Positions 20,469-31,100 of a stretch of DNA of 62,857 bases are shown here, one piece after another. The position numbers were made by a program, and so were the translations under genes. The stretch is from Candidatus Nanohalobium sp. (lineage in GTDB: Archaea > Nanohalarchaeota > Nanosalinia > Nanosalinales > Nanosalinaceae). The number at the start of each line of letters is the position of its first letter. Positions within the stretch are counted from its first letter, which is position 1. The stretch is from contig JBDGSL010000011.1 of NCBI GenBank assembly GCA_042217555.1, forward strand, positions 1-62,857, written 5' to 3'. The notes under the pieces were generated by a model, which did no database searches, was not told where the DNA came from, and saw only the letters and a program-made list of their open reading frames with translations.

Positions 20469-20739
20469 TACGGCTTACGGCCCATATCTGAATGTTGCCC
20501 TTCCAGCTTCTTCTGCAGACGCACTCCAGTTCGGATTTTTCCTCTACTTTTTCAGTCCTGTTCACACCTATGACTCCGGGTGGGAAACAAGCTACTGCAC
20601 CTCTGATACTGGAGTTGTTTTCTATGGCAGCCTCAGTTTCCGCACACTTAGTGGCCCTGTCGGGAAGGCTTTGAGCTGCCATGACGCCTGCTATGAGGCC
20701 GATCAGTGAGACTGCTGCCAGACCGGTTTTTCTGTTCAT
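20458..20739 (-). CDS. Small exported Cys-containing protein
   Basis: Signal peptide; four Cys. Confidence 0.6.
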   Translation of the reverse strand: MNRKTGLAAVSLIGLIAGVMAAQSLPDRATKCAETEAAIENNSSIRGAVACFPPGVIGVNRTEKVEEKSELECVCRRSWKGNIQIWAVSRTNS

Positions 20740-20766
20740 GTATTTTTCTGGACACCTCAATTCTTT

Positions 20767-21822
20767 TCACTCGAAGGCTATCTTCTCAGATCCGAAGAAG
20801 TTCCAGAGGAATCCTCCGAATATTGCCATTATGTTGGCCAGTGGCTTCCAGATGTTCAGTCCTCCTATCAAAGCGAATAGGAATGCTTCGTAGATCGCGA
20901 ATCCTCCAAGGTTCACCAGGAAGAAGTATATGTACTGGTGTCTGAAGCTTCTGACCGATTTATCGAATGTTATCTCCCGGTTCCAGAAGAAGTTCCAGTG
21001 AAGCGCTCCCAGGAAAGCCAGTGCCCCTGCTATAGGGTAGTGAATGCTGTAATGTATCACTGCCAGGAATATAACAGAGTTCACCAGTACCCCGGTGCCT
21101 CCCACTGCCATGAACTCCATCGCCTTCACTATCCTCTTCGACTGCTGGAAACCAAGGTCGTCCAGAACTATCTTTCCCAGCTGTTCAAAGTAGTCCACGG
21201 CTACCTTCAAACCCATCTGGCTTTCACCGCTGTTCCGCTCTCTGAAACGGTACTGGACCTCCTCCACTTCAAGGTCGTGTCTGTGAAGTATCTCCAAAAG
21301 TATCTTGAAACCTTCCACATCCAGTTCATCCAGGTCAACATCACCTGTTTCCAGTGCGAAGAAACCACTCATGGGATCTGTCATACCGTTTCTTATGACA
21401 AGTGAAGCGAACGTGGACCCGACACGGTTGATGAACTTGCGCGTGAGACCCCAGTGGCCGACAGCTCCGTCTTCCTTGAACCGGCTGCCGACAGCTATCC
21501 TTCCACTACCTGCCTCATCCACAAGTTCAGGGATTTTCTCCGGAGGGTGCTGAAGGTCAGCATCCATGATCACGGCCTTCCCACCTTTCGCCTCCTCAAG
21601 TCCTTTTATAACGCTCTGTGAAAGCCCATGATCTTCCTCTCTCAGGTAAATCCGGACAGGATAAGCATCTGCAAGCTGTCTTGCCTTCCCTGCAGTACCG
21701 TCAGGACTGTTGTCGTCCACGACAAGTATCTCGTAGTCTTTCTCAACGGCGTCATCTATCCTCTGGAAGAGTTCCTCAAGGTTACCTCTTTCGTTATAGG
21801 TCGGCAGTACTACAGATATCAT
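20767..21822 (-). CDS. Polyprenol-phosphate glycosyltransferase (DPM1-like GT2) fused to a GtrA domain
   Basis: PTYNE, VVDDNSPDGT, MDADLQHPP, DPMSGFF plus four C-terminal TM segments. Confidence 0.9.
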   Translation of the reverse strand: MISVVLPTYNERGNLEELFQRIDDAVEKDYEILVVDDNSPDGTAGKARQLADAYPVRIYLREEDHGLSQSVIKGLEEAKGGKAVIMDADLQHPPEKIPELVDEAGSGRIAVGSRFKEDGAVGHWGLTRKFINRVGSTFASLVIRNGMTDPMSGFFALETGDVDLDELDVEGFKILLEILHRHDLEVEEVQYRFRERNSGESQMGLKVAVDYFEQLGKIVLDDLGFQQSKRIVKAMEFMAVGGTGVLVNSVIFLAVIHYSIHYPIAGALAFLGALHWNFFWNREITFDKSVRSFRHQYIYFFLVNLGGFAIYEAFLFALIGGLNIWKPLANIMAIFGGFLWNFFGSEKIAFE

Positions 21823-22496
21823 CTTTCTTTACCCGACAGGTTCAACTCTTCCTCAATCTCATCGCTCGAATGGAAGCCTTCAAGCTTTTCCTCACCGTTC
21901 AGCACCACCGCAGGCGTCTCAGTAATGTTGTACTGTTTTTCAAGCATCTCCACAGCCCCATCATCCAGTGATGTCGGAACAGTGAATACAAGCAGTTCTT
22001 CCCCATACTCCTTCTTCAGAAGTGTCAACTCAGTGCCTAGACTGCTGCACTCATCACATTCAGACTCGCTGAAGAGACTGCTGGTGAAGAAAAGTACAGT
22101 ATTAGACCCGTTATCACACCGGTCTCTCAGTTCCTGAGCATAAAGCCAGTAACGTATCCCTGAAAGTATGTACTCTCTCTTCATAGTCCTGAACTGTTCC
22201 TCCTGGAAGAAACTGTTCTCCTGGTACTGCTGCACTCTTCTAAGCCTTTTATTGTATCCTTCCACTATCTCCTTCAGCCCTGCCTCGATAGCGTCACAGG
22301 ACTGTACCTCAGACGACTTGAGATAGGAAAGCTGCAGCTGCCTGCTCTCCATCTCTACCTGTGTCTGCTGCATCTCGTTTTCAAGACTCTGATACCTTGT
22401 ATCGTCCATAAAATTACTGAAAAGTACGCCGAGAACAAACACAGCTACAGTTAATACTCCAGCCATTACGTAACGGTATTTCTGTATTTCCCTCAT
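21819..22496 (-). CDS. Membrane-anchored thioredoxin-fold protein
   Basis: N-terminal TM, CDEC, YNITETPAVVLNG. Confidence 0.65.
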   Translation of the reverse strand: MREIQKYRYVMAGVLTVAVFVLGVLFSNFMDDTRYQSLENEMQQTQVEMESRQLQLSYLKSSEVQSCDAIEAGLKEIVEGYNKRLRRVQQYQENSFFQEEQFRTMKREYILSGIRYWLYAQELRDRCDNGSNTVLFFTSSLFSESECDECSSLGTELTLLKKEYGEELLVFTVPTSLDDGAVEMLEKQYNITETPAVVLNGEEKLEGFHSSDEIEEELNLSGKER

Positions 22497-23950
22497 TTTA
22501 TCTTTCCAACCTCGTAGATCCTGTAGCTCTGTTTACTTCTTGAGGTTTCGAAGATTTTATTATGTTGCTCCAGTCTTTCAACCAGTTGATCCTGTTTCTC
22601 TCTGCAGTTCTGAATGGCAGGAGCGCAGTACCAGGCTGCCGAGTTGTAGACAAAGTAATCAGCCTGCCTGAAAGCTCTTTCAGTTGTGTTCTCATAGTGT
22701 TCAGGACGTACAGCGATGAAGTCAAAGTTGCCGTAGACCACTGGTGCAGGATGTAAACCGGCGACAGTACCGTTAAGCTTCGATGTCTCCCTCAGGAAGT
22801 CGTTCCTCTCAGGATTGCTCCACGTGTTCATTTGAACGAGCTGGACGCCGTTCACCAGCATGACTGCGCCAGCAGCCAGTAAAACCAGGGAACCCCTTGA
22901 GACCGTGAAACCGTCCAGAACATCCTCAAACGCAGGCAGTTCAAGTCTCTGGAGTCCTATCCCTGCAAACAGTGAGAGCACAGGAAGGAAAAGTATCATG
23001 AACCGTGGCTCCTTGTGAGGATAAACTGTGAAGAAGGTGTAGAACAAGGCCAGACCTGTAACGTATCCATATGCCTTCTCCTCCTTTTTCCTCAGAACAA
23101 AGTAGATGCCGGGAAGAGCAAATATCATCAATGGATTCGTGATTACGGCCTCCTTCAAAAAGTAGAGACCGTAAAGGTACTTATCAGGGTTGAGAAGAGG
23201 TACAGAAGCACCAGACAGTAACGGACTTAGAAAACTGTTACCGTAAAAGTAGTTAAGACTGAAGTAGATTACAGGTAGAACCGAGAAAGACACCGCCATC
23301 TTCAAACCTTCCCCTGCTACCTGAACGAAATCATCAGTGTCAAACCTCAGGTTCATGACATCTTTCAAAGGTACCCGGGTCAGGATGTAGGTTATACCTG
23401 CTGCTGGAGCAGCAAGGGCTGCAGGAAAACGAGTAAGAAAGGCTAATGACGCTGCCAGCCCTGAAATCACAGGTTTCTGGTTTCTTGCGTAGTATATTGC
23501 TGTAAATGCCAGGATGGCCGATGGTATGCCTGTAAGCAGGTAATGACTCCATCTCAAATAGATAAAGCTGGATGCAAGAATTGCTGAGGCATAAAGCGCT
23601 GTCTTCTGTTTGAACTCTGCTCTCACCATGCTGTAGAACACTGTCAGCCCTGTAGCTGAGATAATAACAGCTGTTATCCTTGCAAGATTAGGGAAGAAGA
23701 GTCCTGTCTTCCAGATTGCTCCTATAAGCAATGGTATGATTGGCGGGCGGAAGGATTCGTACAGTCCGATCTCTCCCAGTGTGTACAGGTGTTTTCCCAT
23801 GCCGATGTAGACTGTTGAGTCCCAGACCAGTGCCCTATCCCATCTCAGGGCTAATATAACTGCCTGGAGTACGGTAAAAACACTCAGTACTGCCAGTAGT
23901 TTTCCGTATTCTTGTTTCCAGGTCTGCAGTCGGCCCCGGTTTTTTACCAT
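22493..23950 (-). CDS. GT-C fold (ArnT/PMT-like) glycosyltransferase
   Basis: WDSTVY, RPP, HKEPRF motifs; multi-TM. Confidence 0.8.
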   Translation of the reverse strand: MVKNRGRLQTWKQEYGKLLAVLSVFTVLQAVILALRWDRALVWDSTVYIGMGKHLYTLGEIGLYESFRPPIIPLLIGAIWKTGLFFPNLARITAVIISATGLTVFYSMVRAEFKQKTALYASAILASSFIYLRWSHYLLTGIPSAILAFTAIYYARNQKPVISGLAASLAFLTRFPAALAAPAAGITYILTRVPLKDVMNLRFDTDDFVQVAGEGLKMAVSFSVLPVIYFSLNYFYGNSFLSPLLSGASVPLLNPDKYLYGLYFLKEAVITNPLMIFALPGIYFVLRKKEEKAYGYVTGLALFYTFFTVYPHKEPRFMILFLPVLSLFAGIGLQRLELPAFEDVLDGFTVSRGSLVLLAAGAVMLVNGVQLVQMNTWSNPERNDFLRETSKLNGTVAGLHPAPVVYGNFDFIAVRPEHYENTTERAFRQADYFVYNSAAWYCAPAIQNCREKQDQLVERLEQHNKIFETSRSKQSYRIYEVGKIK

Positions 23951-25188
23951 GTTCTTTCACTTCCGGCAACCATCTTTATAATTACGGTCAACCACAGGAA
24001 CCCGTTTATGAAGACGAAGAACGCCAGGTATGCGAGGACCGGCGTTATACCGTTTTCAAGCAGGTTTTCATCTGTATGCCTGGAGGCCATGTATGCCATC
24101 GCTGTTGAAAGGCTGAACAGCGTGGCTATGAAGAACATCGTCACGAACTCTGTGCTTATCAGGTTCCAGTAAGCGGCCTGAAGTAGCTCGGAAAAGCTGA
24201 GTGCTTCAAAGGAGAAGTAATCAAGGCCTATCTGCGAGATCTGTGACAATGCCTCTACCAGAGGCATGCCGAACAGGTAGACTGTTATGAATAGAAGTAA
24301 CAGGGATAGAACTGTCTGGGCGGTCTTGGCAGGTATTGCGAACATGCCGAAATCTCCGTACTCCCTGTCTAAGATAACCTCCCTGTACTGAAGTATGGTC
24401 TCGAGCGAGCCTCTGTACCACCTGTATCTCTGTGTCTTGAACTCTTCCCATGTTGACGGCGCCACAGTGTGAACTTCTGCCCTGCTTGAATGTCCTATCC
24501 TGTGATGCTGTCTCTGCAGCCGGAAGCAGATCTCCTGATCCTCCACCAGCGAATCCTCATCGAAAAGCCCTACCTCAAGAAGTTCTTTCCTCCTGTACAT
24601 GCTTAGAGGGCCTGGAGTGACGTGTATTGCGTTCATCAAACCCATGATATTCCTTGTGAATATCCCGACGATGTACTCCACCCACTGCAGCTTCTGCAGG
24701 AAATTACTTGGATCCGCCACTTTCATAGCGGATGCCACTCCAACATACCCCTCACTCATTTCACCTGCCATATGCCGGAGAGAATCCTTCTCAAGCCGTG
24801 AATCTGCGTCTACACACGCAACTACTTCAGCGTCAGACTCCCTGATACCTTTATTCAGTGCAGATCCTTTGCCTCCGTTCTCCTTCGTCAGTACAGTGAC
24901 CTCATCCTGGTACTGCCTGGCCTTCTCCAGTGTTCCGTCTGTGCTGCCGTCATCAACTACTATAACCTCGTACTTGTCATCCGGGTAGTTTACAGAGAGA
25001 GCTGACTCTACAGCCATCTCAATTGTATCTTCCTCGTTGTAAGCCGGTATTATAAGCGATAGAGATGGATACTCATCGATATCTTTGACCTCCTCCCTGA
25101 TCCTGCCCTCGTCAAGAAGAGTGATAACAAGAAAAAAGGTGATGTAAAGCACCACCGCATACATCACCCACATAACAGGATCAAGCAT
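23944..25188 (-). CDS. Membrane GT2 glycosyltransferase (cellulose synthase/PgaC-like)
   Basis: PAYNEE, DDGSTD, DAD, ED, QRYRW. Confidence 0.88.
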   Translation of the reverse strand: MLDPVMWVMYAVVLYITFFLVITLLDEGRIREEVKDIDEYPSLSLIIPAYNEEDTIEMAVESALSVNYPDDKYEVIVVDDGSTDGTLEKARQYQDEVTVLTKENGGKGSALNKGIRESDAEVVACVDADSRLEKDSLRHMAGEMSEGYVGVASAMKVADPSNFLQKLQWVEYIVGIFTRNIMGLMNAIHVTPGPLSMYRRKELLEVGLFDEDSLVEDQEICFRLQRQHHRIGHSSRAEVHTVAPSTWEEFKTQRYRWYRGSLETILQYREVILDREYGDFGMFAIPAKTAQTVLSLLLLFITVYLFGMPLVEALSQISQIGLDYFSFEALSFSELLQAAYWNLISTEFVTMFFIATLFSLSTAMAYMASRHTDENLLENGITPVLAYLAFFVFINGFLWLTVIIKMVAGSERTW

Positions 25189-25250
25189 GTAGAAAAAAGA
25201 AGACCGGACAGTTTAAAAATGGAAACCCTGGGTTTTCCTGTCAGGACAGG

Positions 25251-26435
25251 TCAGTCCTTCATTATCTCCCTCAAGAACACGGTAGCGTAACAACCCTTAG
25301 GAAGATCAAAGCTTACCCGCATCATGTTCTTGGCCATGTTCAAATCATCCTCATCCACTTCAAGAACTTCAAAGTTCCTGAAGTCAGCGAACGCCCTTCT
25401 CAGACTGCCTTCCGATCTTAACTCCGATATATCCGGCTTCCGGAAGTCATCCCTTTCGATTCCCTCCTCATCCATAACCTCCTGCATTATCTCATCCGGC
25501 CTGTTATCGTTGAACTCGGTTTTATAACCTACAAGAGGGATTTCATAGTCTTCATCGTACCAACCCTCATCTATAAGCTGTGAAAGAGTTCTGTTAAACA
25601 GCCAGGCCTGATAGGCATGGATGAAAAGAGTTTGAAGGCCTTCAGGAAGCCTCTTTATAGCTCCCTCGTAGTCTCCAGGATTCTTGGTCAGGTGGTACAG
25701 AAGCGATTTTTCGTACCTGAACTTCTCCGGAAACCTCTCCGCTGCTCCTTCTACCTCTCTGGTCTCCCAGAGCTCCTGCCTAACCTTTCTTATGCTTTTG
25801 TACTCCTCATCGTAGGGTTTGGCAATGTAAGTCCAGACAGCTTCCTCGTAGTCTCCTTTCAGAACCAGTCTTCCTACCTGATGGGTTATAGGCCGTGCAG
25901 ATCCGAACCTTTGATCTCCGAAGTAGTTAGGCATCTTCCCTTCCAGTTCACCGATCACTTTCTCCGTCCTGCTCCGGATATCCTCCTCTGGAAGTCTGAG
26001 GTTGCGGACAGCGATGTTAAACCTGTTGGCCTTCAGGTTACCCAGGCCTATCTTCCCGTTCTTTCCAACAACTTCAAGATCGAACTCGTCTGTGTAGACA
26101 TTTCGAACCTCTTCCTCTTCAACACCCTGTATAGAGATGTACTGCTCCGTGACCGCTCTCTTATCCTTGTTTCCTGCATATCCTACCCTGTTACGTGATA
26201 TATGCAGCATCTTGGAAAGCTTGTCTATGGCGTCCATCGTCGTCATGTTCTGCTTACGGAGCTTGACAATGAGGTGATCTCCTTCACCTGTATCATGTGA
26301 GGCAAGTTCCTTGACAACAAAATCATCCACTTGCTCCTTTATCTCACCGGCTATACCTCCGGTTTCAGAGTAGTAGCTCCAGTCCATTTTCGAAAAATCA
26401 ACGTCGGTCTCCATTTCATCAACTTTTTCGTTCAT
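25251..26435 (-). CDS. truD: tRNA pseudouridine(13) synthase
   Basis: DFVVKE, YAGNKDKRAVTEQ, PNYFGDQRFG, LPKGCYAT. Confidence 0.95.
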   Translation of the reverse strand: MNEKVDEMETDVDFSKMDWSYYSETGGIAGEIKEQVDDFVVKELASHDTGEGDHLIVKLRKQNMTTMDAIDKLSKMLHISRNRVGYAGNKDKRAVTEQYISIQGVEEEEVRNVYTDEFDLEVVGKNGKIGLGNLKANRFNIAVRNLRLPEEDIRSRTEKVIGELEGKMPNYFGDQRFGSARPITHQVGRLVLKGDYEEAVWTYIAKPYDEEYKSIRKVRQELWETREVEGAAERFPEKFRYEKSLLYHLTKNPGDYEGAIKRLPEGLQTLFIHAYQAWLFNRTLSQLIDEGWYDEDYEIPLVGYKTEFNDNRPDEIMQEVMDEEGIERDDFRKPDISELRSEGSLRRAFADFRNFEVLEVDEDDLNMAKNMMRVSFDLPKGCYATVFLREIMKD

Positions 26436-26779
26436 TCTATCAGCTTCAAGTCTCCTGTAATCTTATCGATTTTATCCTCTTCAGCCGGCCCTACACCGAG
26501 AGCCGTAACAGTACCTGGCTCAACCTCCGTCAAGCCAGCATCCTGCACAAGTGCAGCCGGGATTTGTAAACTTTTCGCCTTCTCAAGACGCTCACGTAAA
26601 CTTCCATCCCCGATATCCAAAGCAATCTTCCTGCTTCCCTGATCCTCCCAGTCACTGCAGATCTCTCTCGAAGCCTTCTTGTACGACTTCAGAGAGGCAT
26701 GACACGCCTGAGATATCTGTTTGCCTTTGGAAATACCAAGATCCTCATCAAGTACGATTACCTGTTTCAACCGCCTCAT
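26432..26779 (-). CDS. pth2: Peptidyl-tRNA hydrolase 2
   Basis: KGKQISQACHAS, DAGLTEVEPGTVTALGVGP. Confidence 0.95.
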   Translation of the reverse strand: MRRLKQVIVLDEDLGISKGKQISQACHASLKSYKKASREICSDWEDQGSRKIALDIGDGSLRERLEKAKSLQIPAALVQDAGLTEVEPGTVTALGVGPAEEDKIDKITGDLKLIE

Positions 26780-26961
26780 GCAACCATTTTAACTCAGACG
26801 GTTTTAATCATTAACACACCAGCAAACCTTAATTACTTTTCCGTAACAATCAGGTAACCGTGTGTTTCCCAAAGCAAGGCAGACATTTTACAACCTATAA
26901 CGTCAAAACAGGAAGGAACAGTCTTCAACACATCTTCCGTCCTCCCCTTAAAATGAAGGGA

Positions 26962-27117
26962 TGGGTTCGCCCGGATTCGAACCGGGGATCTTCGCCTCTC
27001 CAATACGCTGTATTGGATCCGAGCAACGTCGGAATCCTACGTTGCGTTTGTAAGGGCGACGTCTTAGTCCAAAGCCAACAGAGCTGAACTTTGGATAACC
27101 AACTAGACCACGAACCC
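26962..27117 (-). tRNA. tRNA-Val(TAC) with two introns (~31 nt in the D arm, ~27064-27094; 51 nt at 37/38, 26998-27048)
   Basis: Spliced product GGGTTCG TGGTCTAGTTGGTTATGAC G TCGCC CT TAC AA GGCGA AGATC CCCGG TTCGAAT CCGGG CGAACCC A folds as a cloverleaf; introns are hairpins; first splice register uncertain by 1 nt. Confidence 0.92.
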
Positions 27118-28073
27118 ATGATACGGCACATCAAATTCGTTGCTCCCTGATTTTATAAGGGTGGTTGAACCAGCAGACGGTAGAGTACTGTTCTGTTTGT
27201 AGTAGCGGTATCTTTTAATATTGCGAGCGTTACTGCTTCCCACTTTCTCCATGAATTTGTCCAGTTTTTCTCTACCATAAAGTTGGACTCGGTCCTGAGT
27301 CCTATTTAAAGGCAGGTCTAAAGCGTTAACGGTTTTTCCAAGAAGTTGATGAGAGATTCGTTTTTAGCTGTTATATCCATCATGATACCGGAGTTAGGAT
27401 GCGAGTATACTCCTCCATCTGTGTCGAACAACCCTCTTATCGCCGGTTTGAGAAACTTCTTCTCATGGAGCGTCTCAGGGACTTGGATTTCTTTACCTGC
27501 TTTCTCTCCTTTGGGAAAGCCCTGATTTTTCAAATAAGCCGCTACCTTCCGGCTGTTAAGTATCAAACGTACAACATTCTCCTCACTCTGAAAGTAGATC
27601 TTTGGCTCTATATTGAAAATCGAAACACAAAGTTTCCCTAGATACCTGATGTATTCTTCGTCAAGTTCAGCATTGCCTGTGATACAGAAACCATTCATGT
27701 TAGAGTAAAGGCAGCCGTCACCAAGGAGCGCACCGTACAACTCAGCCAACTCCACATTCCAGTTATCAGGAGTTTTTCCTCTACGCTTTGATTTTGATCC
27801 GCCCTTTCTCTGACCATGCCACAGCGACAAAGTTTGGATTGACAGATCCATTTCCGACATTTCTTGAAGTTTTTCTGCGGCAAACAGCGGAATTGAATCC
27901 GCCTCATTCCTCCACCCCTGACGTGCAGTATAAGTGGAAATATCAAACCTTTGAGCAAAATACCTCCAAGTCCAGCCCTTGTCATTCTTCACATCTTCAA
28001 TCACAGAACCAATATCAGCCGACTCAAATACCGCCCTATCCTCCTTGAAACGACCATCACTGGTTCTATTCAT
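27103..28073 (-). pseudogene. Free-standing LAGLIDADG endonuclease with N-terminal HTH; frameshift at the A5 run (27333-27337)
   Basis: LAELYGALLGDG and IRGLFDTDGG motifs; adding one A extends the frame ~77 codons (..VQLYGREKLDKFMEKVGSSN..) to a TAG inside tRNA-Val. Real lesion or sequencing error. Confidence 0.85.
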
Positions 28074-28093
28074 AATTAACTAGACCACAACTC
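28073..28093 (-). repeat. Degenerate copy of the tRNA-Val 5' end
   Basis: GAGTT-GTGGTCTAGTTAATTATGA vs spliced tRNA GGGTTCGTGGTCTAGTTGGTTATGA; 11-nt exact core. Confidence 0.75.
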
Positions 28094-28132
28094 TTAATTC
28101 CAAAGAATCACCTTTAATGCTACCGGAAACCT

Positions 28133-31100
28133 CTACTCTACCTCTTTTTCCAGTATCGGGTCGTAGACTGTCTCCCCTGAGGAGTAGTAGGGATAGTAGA
28201 CCAGCGAGACTTCTGAGTCCGGGAACTGTTCTTCGACCTGTTCTCTGCTGACTTCTCTGTCGATGAGTTCATCCTTGTTGACATTGTCTTCTCCCATTTC
28301 CAGGTTGAAAAGAGACTCCACTACTTCTGTTCCATCTAGAAGATCTTTTTTCTGCAGTTCTTCGATTTTTGAGGCGACTTTTGAGATACCGACGTCAAGT
28401 TCGTCTACTATCTCCTGTTTGTCTTTTCCCTGCTTCAAGCGCTTGAATACTTTTTCGGTCAGGCCTGAAACCGTTTTCCTCTCCGCTTTCACCTGATCCT
28501 TTACGCCATCAACCAGTTTTTTCTCGTTCAGATCTTCTACGAGGTAGAACGGATAGTATGAACGGTTGAATTTCTCGCCGTACTCGCTTTCCACATCGGC
28601 CAGTTCTCTTCTTGGTTCAAAGAACTTGATCTTCTCTTTTTCTTGGTAGTTGTCTCCTGTCTGTGTCTCACCACCGTGCTTGGATTTTCTGGTCCGGACC
28701 TCGGTCATAACCGGATATTCGTTGCCAAGTGCGAAGCAGACTCCTGGCGGCAGCGACTTGATCATCGACTCAACCTCAGCGTTAATCCCTTCAAAAGACT
28801 TGGATATCGCCTTGATGTCGTTTGGATTGGTTACACGCAGGATGAACTGAGTATTACACTGGGAAAGCACGTTTTTATCGATACGTGCCGGTCTCTGACT
28901 TATTACACCTATTCCCAGACCGAACTTTCTTCCCTCAGACGCTATCTTCCTCATTATATCGTTACTGAGCGTCTGGCCGAATCCCTTCTCCGGTACAAAG
29001 TTGTGCGCCTCCTCCATTATCATGAGGAAGGGCGGAATCCTGTTCTCCTTCCTCAGATCGAAAAGCTTCTTTGCCAGCATGTAAGCCGTCATCTCAGTCG
29101 TATCAGGCTCCACAGCCTTCAAATTAATGATTGTAGCTCGGCCTGGCTCTACAAGATCCTCCAGATCAATCGGATTCGTGCTGAAAAGCCCAGACTCTTC
29201 CAGCTGCTCTAGATAGTTCAGCAGGTTCCATTTAGCGGTCGAATCCTCCTGCGAGACAGCGTCCTCAATGTCCACAAGCGAGTAATCCTCGTCTTTCTCC
29301 TTCAACCGTTTCAAAGCGTTGTAAAGCACCCCCATCTGCGAGTTAGTCAATGAGTCAGGTATGAGAGTCATCAGTTCCTTTTTACCAAGGTTTAGAGAGG
29401 AGAAACGGAGCGGCAACGCATCCTGATTGATGTCGGTATTTGGGGAAAACTCCTTGACCTTGTAGCTCTGCTGCTCCTCATCGTTCTCCGGGTTAGTATA
29501 CTGAAGAGAAGAATACTCACCGTGAGGATCCATGATAAGAACAGGAAAGTCGTCTTCAAGTAATTCCTCTATTATGACACCTGTGAGATAGCTGTTATGC
29601 GATACGATACCTCCGGTACCTGCGACAAAGTTATGATGTTCTCTAACAGTTAAATCGTAGACGTATCCGGAGTAATCTTTTTCCTCTATTGACACTATTT
29701 TATCCCAGTACAGGTCAGATTCTGCGAGGTCGCTGAATAACTGGCTATCAAGTTCTTTGGCCATGGCTGAAAACTTCTCTCTGGAAGGCCTTCTCTCATC
29801 TCTTTCATAGAGAGAAACTAGTGTTGAGTGCGAATCTATCTCCTCCGCCAGTTCTCTCTGTGAAACCCCAACCTTGTTTCTCTCCTTCTTGAGGTACTCA
29901 CCATCAAGAGGCACTACATCCGAGTTAGTGTTCCCGTCTTTTTCCCTAATATATTTCTCCAACTTCTCCTGTTTTCTCTCTATCCCGAAACCTATTTTTT
30001 CGGCGAACTTCTGCATCTGATCGACTCCGCTGATAGCCAACCTGTAGTAGGTGTCTCCTTCGTGATCAGAATTGGTAGCTCTCTTCTCTTTGGATGAGAT
30101 CCTGGAAACTATCCCGAAATCCAGAAGCAGGTAGCTCAACGAATTAATAACTTCTTTGCTCGCAGAAGAAAGAGTTATCTCGTGATCCTCCATACAGCCC
30201 TCACAGTCATAGAAAGTCCTCAAGAACTTTTTCTTTGATTTTTCTGAGGAACGCATAACTATATCCGGAACTTCTTTTTTCCTTGATCTCTGGAGAGTCT
30301 CATACCCCATATCCTCGAGCAAATGCTTCAGGGAGGTCGAGTCGATGTATTCTGCGTTTTCACTCATGCTCCGGGTTTCAAGGCCAAAAAGTTCCTCCGA
30401 CAGAGTCTCGAACCTCTGCATCAACCGATTATCATCATTAGTAAAGATAATTCTGTAACTTCCTTCGGCCTGCTGCTCCGTGCCTTCCGCAATGACCAAG
30501 CTGAGGAATTGTGCCAGTTCAGGAGAAAACATTCCAGGAACTTGAATGCCCTTTGCGTTCATCGATAAAGCCAGGCCAGAGTCCTCATCCGGAACATAGC
30601 CCTGATACTTCCAGTTCTCAATAGTGCTTCGTGAAACCTTCAGCTCTTCCTCCATCATGGAAATCGATTTACCTTCTTCCTCAAGTTCGCTGAACTTGTC
30701 GTATTGTTCCTGGAGATCTTCTCTTCTCTCCGATTCCTCTCCAGCTCTAGACCTAAGTCCTTCAGAAAGCTCCAGACTTTCATCCGGATTTGAAGATATC
30801 TCCCTCGGCACTGCTATGTGCTGACCCTCTTCAATCTCTTCAGAGTTAACAAAGCTGTAATCTTCCTCTGCAACCATCAGAGGATGTTCAGAAGTAACCT
30901 CTATTTCTCTACCAGAGGCAGTCTTCACTTTCAAAACTTTATCAGCTTTTTTACGGTAGGCATAGATCGCATCAGCGTCAGTGAAACTGTAGTTATCATC
31001 CAGAGCCTTCACAGAGCAATAATTCAGAATCCTCAGCTCTTCCTCATCATCCTCTTTAACTACCTGATCCGAACTATCAAATACTTCCTTGATCGGAACC

